A DNA stretch of 64,000 nt. Origin: Bacteroidaceae bacterium (GTDB taxonomy: Bacteria; Bacteroidota; Bacteroidia; Bacteroidales; Bacteroidaceae). Under the pieces are notes generated by a model. That model was given only the letters and a program-made list of their open reading frames with translations, made no database searches and was not told the DNA's origin. Below, one piece after another: positions 1-7,704 of this stretch (positions are counted from its first letter, which is position 1; each line of letters opens with the position of its first letter). The DNA lies in assembly GCA_031552405.1 (NCBI GenBank), contig JAVBMN010000020.1:12860-76859 (forward strand), in the 5' to 3' direction. Made by a program: the position numbers and the translations under genes.

Positions 1-576
1 ACATACTACACATTGCTGCACCGTCCTATATACGGCTCCAGCGGTATCATGCCGGATTATTTTGTACCGAAAGACACTACAGGATACACCTCCTGGTTCC
101 TTGCTACAGCCAATATGGCGCTGGATCTCCGCTTTGCCTTTGAGTACACTGATAAGCATCGCAAAGACCTGCAAGCCTATAGCAACATCAACGACCTGGT
201 GAAGTACCTGTCTAAGCAGAATATCATGGATAAATTTGCCAACTATGCGCAGGACAACGGGGTAAAACGTCGGAATCTGATGATTCAGAAGTCGCGTAAG
301 ATAACCGAAGACCGGATCTACAGCTACATTATATATAATATACTGGGAGAGTCGGACAGCTACGAGTACATCAACCAAAGCGATCCTACCATACAGAAGG
401 CGTTCAATATACTACAGGCCGGAGAAGCATTTCCCAAAGAGCCCGACCGGGAAATCACCCCTATCAAAGAGAAGAAAAAAGAAGCGCTGAGCTATGATTC
501 CGCTGTGGCGCCCGCACCAAGGAAAGAATATGCACCAGATCTTGGAAAAACGTATATATGCCAGACAAACGCATAA
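1..576 (+). CDS. C-terminal fragment of an S41-type carboxy-terminal processing peptidase (5' end outside window)
   Basis: The frame is open from base 1; the track ORF 13..576 begins at an internal TTG. The segment GSSGIMPDYFVP resembles the conserved GGGI-PD stretch of Bacteroidetes S41 peptidases. Family call by eye only. Confidence 0.5.
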   Translation, partial: TYYTLLHRPIYGSSGIMPDYFVPKDTTGYTSWFLATANMALDLRFAFEYTDKHRKDLQAYSNINDLVKYLSKQNIMDKFANYAQDNGVKRRNLMIQKSRKITEDRIYSYIIYNILGESDSYEYINQSDPTIQKAFNILQAGEAFPKEPDREITPIKEKKKEALSYDSAVAPAPRKEYAPDLGKTYICQTNA

Positions 577-1109
577 TACGCACAGATATGGCACGCCTTA
601 GGCGTGCCATATCCATTGAGGAGAGTGTACGCCGGGCAAAGTTGGCCTGTCAGCACTTGCTCCAATGGGATCTCTTTGAACAGGCACGCACAGTCTTGCT
701 GTATTATTCCCTACCCGATGAATTGCCTACTCCACCCCTTCTCGAACAAATATATCCGGGAAAACGTATTCTGCTGCCTGTAGTCAAAGGAGAAAACCTT
801 GAGCTAAGGCTGTATTGCGGACCAGAGGCCATACTCTCGGGAGCTTTTCAAATCCCGGAACCCGTAGGAGATCCGTTTATTAACTATGAAGAAATCGATT
901 TATGCCTAATACCAGGCGTGGCTTTCGATGCACGAGGAGTGCGGTTAGGACGTGGAAAGGGATACTACGACCGATTGCTTCCCCGGATACAATCCCCGAA
1001 GGCCGGCCTGTGCTATGCCTGCCAGCTCATAAAAAGAATCCCTGCAGAGGCGCATGACATCCGCATGGATTATCTGGTTACAGAAGAAGGAATTAATACG
1101 TTTCTATAG
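558..1109 (+). CDS. 5-formyltetrahydrofolate cyclo-ligase
   Basis: 183 aa ORF with GVAFDARGVRLGRGKGYYDRLL, the characteristic MTHFS motif. The alternative start ATG 588 avoids overlap with the upstream stop at 576. Confidence 0.85.
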   Translation: MPDKRIIRTDMARLRRAISIEESVRRAKLACQHLLQWDLFEQARTVLLYYSLPDELPTPPLLEQIYPGKRILLPVVKGENLELRLYCGPEAILSGAFQIPEPVGDPFINYEEIDLCLIPGVAFDARGVRLGRGKGYYDRLLPRIQSPKAGLCYACQLIKRIPAEAHDIRMDYLVTEEGINTFL

Positions 1110-1114
1110 CCAAG

Positions 1115-1630
1115 CTACTCTATCCGCTCTAAGAAACTGCCCGGAATGTAAGTCGTGGCAAGCGAAAAAAGGCCTTCCAGGCGCACCACCACACGTTTGT
1201 GTCCCTGAAGACGTATCAGCTCACCCTCAATACCGGCAAACTCACCTTTAACCACACGCACGCGGTCGCCTCGCTTCAGGTTCTCGTTCAGTACCTGAAT
1301 AGCCTCTTCGGAGAAATCAACCAGGAACTTGAAGTCTTCCATCTGCTTATTCGGGATAATCAGGAAGTTGCCTGTCTCACGACTGTGGATAAAGCTCAGT
1401 TTCAGGAAATGCTCCGTAACAAGCTGACGGCAAGTATGCTCATCGGCACGGATAAACACGATGCCCGGCACTACGGGACGCTCCACTTCGATACGCTTCC
1501 CATTACGCTCCATCATCGTCTTGCGGAAGGGAATGAAATACTCCACCTGGAGTGCATCCAACTGCTCCTTGATCCGTTTCTCAAGCTGATAACGGGTGCG
1601 GGCAGCATACCAATGGAGTTCTACATTCAT
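1115..1630 (-). CDS. UpxY-family (NusG-like) transcription antiterminator
   Basis: The N-terminus WYAARTRYQLEKRIKEQL and a C-terminal KOW-like GDRVRVVKGEFAGIEGELI are typical of NusG/UpxY. Start trimmed to MNVELHWY because a TACTTTTG -7 box lies at 1662..1669 on the minus strand. Confidence 0.75.
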   Translation of the reverse strand: MNVELHWYAARTRYQLEKRIKEQLDALQVEYFIPFRKTMMERNGKRIEVERPVVPGIVFIRADEHTCRQLVTEHFLKLSFIHSRETGNFLIIPNKQMEDFKFLVDFSEEAIQVLNENLKRGDRVRVVKGEFAGIEGELIRLQGHKRVVVRLEGLFSLATTYIPGSFLERIE

Positions 1631-1661
1631 ACGTAATACGTTTACCTTTTTAAAGAAGGTG

Positions 1662-1669
1662 CAAAAGTA
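1662..1669 (-). promoter_or_regulatory. Bacteroidetes -7 promoter box (TACTTTTG) for the UpxY-like gene
   Basis: Matches TAnnTTTG on the minus strand, about 32 nt upstream of ATG 1630. Confidence 0.5.
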
Positions 1670-1741
1670 ACACTTTCCCAGCAAAGAAAAAATCCTTACC
1701 TATTCTTTTTTCGTTATTTCCCCTATTATCCCTAACTTCAT

Positions 1742-3880
1742 TCAAAGCGTTTGCTCCACACCCTTCATGGAAAGGGAAATTCGGCTACGGCTGTGATCCA
1801 CCTCAACGACCCGCACCCGTACATGTTGATGCAGGGACACCACCTCCGCCGGACTTGACACAAAACGATCCGTAAGCTGAGACACGTGTACCAGCCCGTT
1901 TTCGTGGATACCTATATCCACAAAGCAGCCAAAATTAGTAAGGTTGGAGATAATCCCGTTCAATTCCATTCCGGGCCGAAGGTCGTGAATGCTTCGCACA
2001 TTGCGGTCGAACTCAAACACCTTGATAGGCTTACGCGGATCACGCCCCGGCTTCTCCAGCTCAGACATAATATCCGTCAAAGTGGGCATTCCCACCTCAC
2101 CCTGCACATAATCAGCCAGTTGAATCTGTTTTCTGGAAGCTGAATCTGCCATCAGCTGCGGTACAGAACACCGTATATCACGAGCCATACGCTCCACAAG
2201 TGCGTAACGTTCCGGGTGTACCGCCGAGTTGTCAAGCGGGTTCTCGCCATCCGGAATACGTAAAAAGCCTGCGCTCTGCTCGTAAGCCTTGGCGCCCATG
2301 CGGGGCACTTTCATAAGTTCGCGGCGTGAGTGAAAGGGGCCGTTTTCTGTCCTGTAATTCACAATATTCTGAGCCAGCTGAGGCCCAAGGCCCGAAATAT
2401 AGCTGAGCAAGTGGGTGCTGGCAGTGTTCACATTTACCCCCACGGCATTTACGCAGTTGATTACCGTCTGGTCGAGGGAGCGTTTCAGTTTCGCCTGATC
2501 CACATCGTGCTGGTACTGTCCTACACCGATCGACTTAGGCTCTATCTTCACCAGTTCGGCCAACGGGTCCATCAGTCGGCGCCCGATAGATACAGCTCCG
2601 CGCACGGTGACGTCATAGTCGGGGAACTCCTCACGGGCCACCTTGGAGGCAGAATAGATAGAAGCGCCGTTCTCGCTTACCACGAAAACCTGTAATTCAC
2701 GGTCGTAACGCTGCGAGGTGACAAACTGTTCCGTTTCTCTTCCTGCCGTTCCATTCCCTATTGCAATGGCCTGAATGGCATATTGCTCTACCAACTTGGC
2801 AAGCTTACGCCCCGCCTGCTGCATGTCGCCCTTAGGAGGATGCGGATAGATCGTTTCATTGTGCAGCAAAACGCCCTGTGCATCCAAGCATACCAACTTA
2901 CAACCGGTACGAAAACCGGGGTCTATACCCAGCACGCGCTTCTGGCCCAGAGGGGAAGCCAGCAATAGCTGGCGCAGGTTTTCGGCAAATACTTTTATGG
3001 CTTCTTCGTCGGCTTTCTCCTTGGAAAGAGCCGAGAACTCGGTTTCAATGGACGGTTTCAACAAGCGCTTATAAGCATCGTGCACCGCAATCTGCACCTG
3101 CCCGGCACAGGGACCGGTACCGCGTACAAAGGAACGCTCGATCTGTTCCACGCACGGTTCCTCTTCGGCGGGGGTAACAGATACGCGTAAGAACCCCTCT
3201 TTCTCACCACGTCGGATAGCCAGCAAACGATGAGAAGAACAACGGCGAAGGGGCTCTTCAAAGCTGAAATAATCGCGATACTTCACAGCCTCTTCTTCTT
3301 TCCCCTTCACAACCTTGGAGATGATAAGGGCTTCACGCTCAAAATAACGACGTACCCGGTTGCGACTGATTTCATGTTCGCTGACACGCTCAGCTATAAT
3401 ATCGCGGGCGCCCTGCAAGGCTTCTTCTACAGTTTTCACATCGCCCTTCAGGAAAGACTTGGCACGCACATCCGGCTGTGCCTCGTGCTGCGCCTGAAGG
3501 ATATTGGCCAAAGGCTCCAACCCTCGCTGGCGAGCCACCTCAGCACGGGTACGACGCTTAGGCTTGAAGGGAAGATAGAGGTCTTCCAGCTCCACACTAT
3601 TCCAGATATCACGGATGCGCTGTTCCAGTTCCGGAGTCAGCTTTCCCTGTTCGGTAATGGTGGAGAGAATGGTTTCTTTCCGCTTCTGCAACTCACAAAG
3701 CTTTTCGTATTGTTGGTGGATCTGCTCGATGATCACCTCATCCAACCCGCCGGTCACCTCTTTACGGTAACGACTGATAAAGGGGATTGTAGCTCCCTCG
3801 CCCAGAAGCTGTAGGGTACGTGCCACCTGCGACACGCTAATCTGGAGCGCCGTGGCGATCCGTGAGTGGAAAGATTCCAT
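1742..3880 (-). CDS. tex: Tex-like transcription accessory protein (YqgF/HhH/S1 domains)
   Basis: 712 aa. The N-terminus is VARTLQLLGEGATIPFISRYRKE, the central region is RuvC/YqgF-like (LGIDPGFRTGCK), and the C-terminus has an S1 domain (GIISNLTNFGCFVDIG). Confidence 0.9.
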   Translation of the reverse strand: MESFHSRIATALQISVSQVARTLQLLGEGATIPFISRYRKEVTGGLDEVIIEQIHQQYEKLCELQKRKETILSTITEQGKLTPELEQRIRDIWNSVELEDLYLPFKPKRRTRAEVARQRGLEPLANILQAQHEAQPDVRAKSFLKGDVKTVEEALQGARDIIAERVSEHEISRNRVRRYFEREALIISKVVKGKEEEAVKYRDYFSFEEPLRRCSSHRLLAIRRGEKEGFLRVSVTPAEEEPCVEQIERSFVRGTGPCAGQVQIAVHDAYKRLLKPSIETEFSALSKEKADEEAIKVFAENLRQLLLASPLGQKRVLGIDPGFRTGCKLVCLDAQGVLLHNETIYPHPPKGDMQQAGRKLAKLVEQYAIQAIAIGNGTAGRETEQFVTSQRYDRELQVFVVSENGASIYSASKVAREEFPDYDVTVRGAVSIGRRLMDPLAELVKIEPKSIGVGQYQHDVDQAKLKRSLDQTVINCVNAVGVNVNTASTHLLSYISGLGPQLAQNIVNYRTENGPFHSRRELMKVPRMGAKAYEQSAGFLRIPDGENPLDNSAVHPERYALVERMARDIRCSVPQLMADSASRKQIQLADYVQGEVGMPTLTDIMSELEKPGRDPRKPIKVFEFDRNVRSIHDLRPGMELNGIISNLTNFGCFVDIGIHENGLVHVSQLTDRFVSSPAEVVSLHQHVRVRVVEVDHSRSRISLSMKGVEQTL

Positions 3881-3946
3881 TAGATTTATAAAGACCTTAT
3901 ATAATTAGTAACACGAAGATATGGGAAAACTAAATTCCCTGTCGGG

Positions 3947-3954
3947 CAAAGGTA
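3947..3954 (-). promoter_or_regulatory. -7 box (TACCTTTG) for tex
   Basis: TAnnTTTG on the minus strand, 67 nt upstream of ATG 3880. Confidence 0.45.
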
Positions 3955-4018
3955 ACCATAAATCCGCAAAACGCAGACAATCCCCCTACAAATATCGTGG
4001 GCCATAAAGGAAATATCG

Positions 4019-4026
4019 TATCTTTG
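4019..4026 (+). promoter_or_regulatory. -7 box (TATCTTTG) for the DUF418 gene
   Basis: TAnnTTTG, 24 nt upstream of ATG 4050. Confidence 0.55.
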
Positions 4027-4049
4027 CCCCTCCTAAAATACCATTTAAA

Positions 4050-5225
4050 ATGAATCAGATTACCGGAACCAAAGAGCGGATACAGGCCGTGGATGCCCTG
4101 CGTGGCTTTGCCGTAATGGGAATAATGTTGCTGCATAACATTGAGCATTTCAATTTTTACTCCTTCCCCACCCCTCCTTCTGAGCTTATCGCATCCATCG
4201 ACCGTACGTTGTGGGATATGTTGTTCTTCCTTTTCTCTGGAAAAGCATACGCTATCTTCGCACTTCTTTTCGGACTCACCTTCCACATACAAAGCCAGAG
4301 TGCAGCGAAACGCGGCGAAGATTTCAAGAACCGTTATATGTGGCGATTGGTATTACTCTTCGGATTCGGATGCATAAATGCCAGCTTCTTCCCCGGCGAA
4401 ATCCTTGTGCTATATGCTATCATAGGCTTTGTGTTGGTTCCCGTACGACACATGAACAACAAAACCGTATTCCTCATCGCCCTGGTACTGATGCTGCAAC
4501 CTCTGGAATGGGGCAAGGTGGTTTACTCACTCTGCAACCCCGAAGCCAATCCGCAGCAGATGATTTATTCGCTGGGACAAGTATATCCGCAACTGGGAGG
4601 AGATTCGCTGATAGAAATGATAAAGGCCAATCTGATCACCGGCCAGCTGGCCAGCCTCAACTGGGCATGGTGCTACGGGCGGGTATTCCAAACGGCCTCT
4701 CTCTTCATGCTGGGTATGTTACTGGGAAGAAAGGGGCTGCTACGCTTCTCGAATGAAGCCTCTGCATTTTGGACACGGGCGCTGTGCCTGTCGCTTCCTG
4801 CCGCCATCGGGCTGTATTATTTCAAGGAGTTTCTGTATCCGTGGATTGAGAATCCATTCTTAAAAGACACGATGCGCACCATCCTCAACTCATGGTACAA
4901 TTTATTCTTTATGGTATGTATTGTAGCCGGATTCTTGCTATTATACTGGACAAGCAAAGGAAAGGCACTGCAGATACTGGCTCCTTATGGACGAATGAGT
5001 CTCACGGATTACCTCATGCAGTCTGTCATAGGTACGTTCCTCTACTTTGGCTACGGTTTGTCACTGCATAGTTCCTGCGGAACCACATACAGCCTGTTGA
5101 TCGGAATCGCCTTCTTGACAGGCCAGGTTGCCTTTGCCCATTGGTGGTTCCGCCGTTTCAAACGAGGACCACTGGAAACGTTATGGCACAAAGCCACCTG
5201 GATGCAATGGAAGCGTACAGCGTGA
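4050..5225 (+). CDS. DUF418/YeiB-like polytopic membrane protein
   Basis: 391 aa, multi-TM, with the N-terminal RIQAVDALRGFAVMGIMLLHNIEHF signature of the DUF418 family. Confidence 0.7.
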   Translation: MNQITGTKERIQAVDALRGFAVMGIMLLHNIEHFNFYSFPTPPSELIASIDRTLWDMLFFLFSGKAYAIFALLFGLTFHIQSQSAAKRGEDFKNRYMWRLVLLFGFGCINASFFPGEILVLYAIIGFVLVPVRHMNNKTVFLIALVLMLQPLEWGKVVYSLCNPEANPQQMIYSLGQVYPQLGGDSLIEMIKANLITGQLASLNWAWCYGRVFQTASLFMLGMLLGRKGLLRFSNEASAFWTRALCLSLPAAIGLYYFKEFLYPWIENPFLKDTMRTILNSWYNLFFMVCIVAGFLLLYWTSKGKALQILAPYGRMSLTDYLMQSVIGTFLYFGYGLSLHSSCGTTYSLLIGIAFLTGQVAFAHWWFRRFKRGPLETLWHKATWMQWKRTA

Positions 5226-5243
5226 GAATAAGTCCTCAACGAC

Positions 5244-5828
5244 CTATCTCACCCCCAGCACTTTATGAAGTTGTATGGAAAGTTTCCACGCCGGATGAAG
5301 CAACAGGTATTTAATTAGCCGGGACTGCAACTCCGAGTTTTGCTCTGCATCCCCCGTATCACAGGGCTGAAGGTAATAATGAAGCGCAGGGATTGCCAGA
5401 TAATGCTCCAAATCTTCCTGCCCTGTATAAACCACCTTCAGCTCATGGCAGGAAGTCAGCACAGGAGCTCCCTGATTAGAGCCGAATTCATACTTGGGCG
5501 ACCATGTAACCCAATCGATCCCAACAGGAAGCAAATGTGTACCGTTCGTTTCCACAGCCACATATTTCTCCTCTTGTTTCAGTAACTGTATAAATGACTC
5601 ATCCAGAAACAGAGAAGGCTCCCCCCCGGTAAGCACCACATGGCGAGCCGGGTATTCGCATACACGATTCACAATATCTTCATCGCTAAGCCACTCCCCC
5701 TCCTTGTGCCGGGTATCACAGAAGGGACACTGCAGGTTACACCCCGAGAAGCGAACGAAGACCGATGGCGTACCGCTATAAAAGCCCTCCCCCTGGAGAG
5801 AATAGAAGATCTCATTAATCTTCTTCAT
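5244..5828 (-). CDS. queE: 7-carboxy-7-deazaguanine synthase (radical SAM)
   Basis: YSLQGEGFYSGTPSVFVRFSGCNLQCPFCDT matches the QueE N-terminal cluster motif. The gene overlaps queD by 14 nt. Confidence 0.85.
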   Translation of the reverse strand: MKKINEIFYSLQGEGFYSGTPSVFVRFSGCNLQCPFCDTRHKEGEWLSDEDIVNRVCEYPARHVVLTGGEPSLFLDESFIQLLKQEEKYVAVETNGTHLLPVGIDWVTWSPKYEFGSNQGAPVLTSCHELKVVYTGQEDLEHYLAIPALHYYLQPCDTGDAEQNSELQSRLIKYLLLHPAWKLSIQLHKVLGVR

Positions 5829-6147
5829 ACACAGCGGTATTCCTTTCCGACTCCTGCACCTCTGCCTTGTAACAATGAGGTATTTGTTCCACTACCCAGC
5901 GGGCGATATTTTCAGCCGTAGGATTAAAGGGAAGCACATCGTTCAGGTTCTTATGATCCAGTTTACCTTGAATCAAATCCTTAATATGTTTAAAATCAAT
6001 CACCATCCCATCCGCATTCAACTCTGCCGATTTACAGTGTACAGTGATGATCCAGTTGTGCCCATGCAAATGCTCGCATTTACTGGCATACCCCAATTGC
6101 AATGAGTGAGAAGCCGATATTTCAAGGCGCTTAATTACATAATACAT
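5815..6147 (-). CDS. queD: 6-carboxy-5,6,7,8-tetrahydropterin synthase
   Basis: 110 aa with CEHLHGHNW and the overall PTPS/QueD pattern. It sits upstream of and overlaps queE. Confidence 0.85.
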   Translation of the reverse strand: MYYVIKRLEISASHSLQLGYASKCEHLHGHNWIITVHCKSAELNADGMVIDFKHIKDLIQGKLDHKNLNDVLPFNPTAENIARWVVEQIPHCYKAEVQESERNTAVYEED

Positions 6148-6177
6148 AATTCAGTAATTCATTATATCTTTACGCTA

Positions 6178-6185
6178 CAAATATA
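6178..6185 (-). promoter_or_regulatory. -7 box (TATATTTG) for queD-queE
   Basis: TAnnTTTG on the minus strand, about 31 nt upstream of ATG 6147. Confidence 0.5.
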
Positions 6186-6283
6186 CTATATTATCCCGGC
6201 ACATACGGAAAATGGAATGTTTTTTAAACCCAATAAAACATAATGCACTGGTAATCAACGCCAGAACAAGCAATAAGAGAGAC

Positions 6284-6375
6284 TTTTCATCGCAGGCCTG
6301 AAGTTCTGGAATCGCAGGCCTAAGATTATAAAACTTCAGGCCTGCGACTTGAGAACTTCAGGCCTGCGATGAAAA
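6284..6375. repeat. 92-bp palindromic cluster of four CGCAGGCCTGAAG-type words
   Basis: 6284..6306 (ttttcatcgcaggcctgaagttc) is the exact reverse complement of 6353..6375. Two degenerate copies lie between them. Confidence 0.8.
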
Positions 6376-6796
6376 AGCGGATGCCCTACGGTAAAAATTT
6401 CCCCTCCCCGCGATTCATAAATTCACACAGAGTATCCTCACAACTCTAGAACCTTCCTTACAATCTTCATACCGTAAAATAAGGTAAAATTAACCCTTTT
6501 TGAGGTATCGAAATGAGCAAACTAAACCCTCATCACACTCTTCATACCGGAAACATCAAGTCCATCAAACAAAAGGATAGTGTTAATATATCGAAAAACA
6601 AGCACAATTATACGCAAAGTTTATTGGTATATTCCCAAAAAAACACTTACTTTGCCTCGATTTCTAGCCGAATATGCCCGCCTGGGAATTAACTATTTTT
6701 CAAGTGTAACAGATAACAACTACAAAAATGATACTACTCAAAGAAATATTCTTTGGTAATTTGCATTTTTTGAAGAGTTCAAAAAAAAGACGATCT

Positions 6797-7699
6797 ATGC
6801 ATATCAAAAAAGCCAAACTCATTCTATTATTGAATGGTATTGCCCTCTTTGCACCCATTTCATTATTGGCTCAGAATCAAAACGAGATTGAAACTCGCAG
6901 AGAAATAGAGAGCAGAAAGAATGCCCTTGACGCTGCCGATGAATACGGAAAAGAGCTGTACAACTTCATTGTCGACAGTCTTCAAAGAGGAGAACAAAAC
7001 GAGAATTACGAATTCACCCCCGACGAAGACAAACTCCCCCAAAGAGGATATGTAGATCAGCTACTTGGTCTTGAAGACTTAAGCCTGCCGCCGCTGGAAA
7101 CATTTATGGCATCCGTGTATGACAACGGAAGCGTAAAAGAAAAAGTGGCATTTCAAGAACAAATGGAAGCTGAATATCGCCACGTAAAGGCTGAGTGGTG
7201 GGATTACGTTCGTTTCCATGCCCAATATGCCTACGGGTACTTTTACAATTTCAACAGCTATTATTCCGATTACATGCCTGCCACCACCTCCAACGCTCAG
7301 CACAGCTGGAGCATCGGAGCCGACCTCATCGTTCCTTTGGGCGATTTGTTTGGAAGAAAGCATAAGCTAAGGACACATAAGGCTAAAATAGACCAGGCCA
7401 TCTACCTCCAAGAGGCTGTAGTTGAAGAACGAAAACTGAGAATTCTCAATGCATACAACTCTATTCTTGAGAATCTGGCTGCCGTAAAACCACGTGCTGA
7501 AACCGTAGCACTCTACGATGCAAACATGAAAGTGTCGGCTAACGACTTTATCAATGGTAATACCTCTATCATCGAGCTTTCACTGGAAAGACAGCGTCGA
7601 TCCACTGCAATCGTTCAGTACCAACAGGGACGTGTAGCCCTGTTCAGCGCCGTGCGAACACTTGAGTTGCTCACCAATATCAAAATCATTAAAGACTAA
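6797..7699 (+). CDS. TolC-family-like outer membrane protein (single OEP repeat) with signal peptide
   Basis: Start trimmed to MHIKKAKLILLLNGIALFAPISLLAQ (signal peptide). The C-terminal half (DANMKVSANDFINGNTSIIELSLERQRR...LFSAVRTLELL) resembles one outer-membrane efflux protein repeat. Confidence 0.5.
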   Translation: MHIKKAKLILLLNGIALFAPISLLAQNQNEIETRREIESRKNALDAADEYGKELYNFIVDSLQRGEQNENYEFTPDEDKLPQRGYVDQLLGLEDLSLPPLETFMASVYDNGSVKEKVAFQEQMEAEYRHVKAEWWDYVRFHAQYAYGYFYNFNSYYSDYMPATTSNAQHSWSIGADLIVPLGDLFGRKHKLRTHKAKIDQAIYLQEAVVEERKLRILNAYNSILENLAAVKPRAETVALYDANMKVSANDFINGNTSIIELSLERQRRSTAIVQYQQGRVALFSAVRTLELLTNIKIIKD

Positions 7700-7704
7700 A
7701 TATT

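Noticed and set aside
1199-1636. ORFs 1054..1251 and 1199..1636 on the plus strand.
   Set aside because: They are antisense to the UpxY-like gene, which has clear NusG/KOW motifs and its own promoter box.
6647-6654. TTACTTTG as the -7 box for the polysaccharide locus.
   Set aside because: It deviates from TAnnTTTG at position 2 and lies about 145 nt from the preferred ATG 6797. It was not listed as a promoter.
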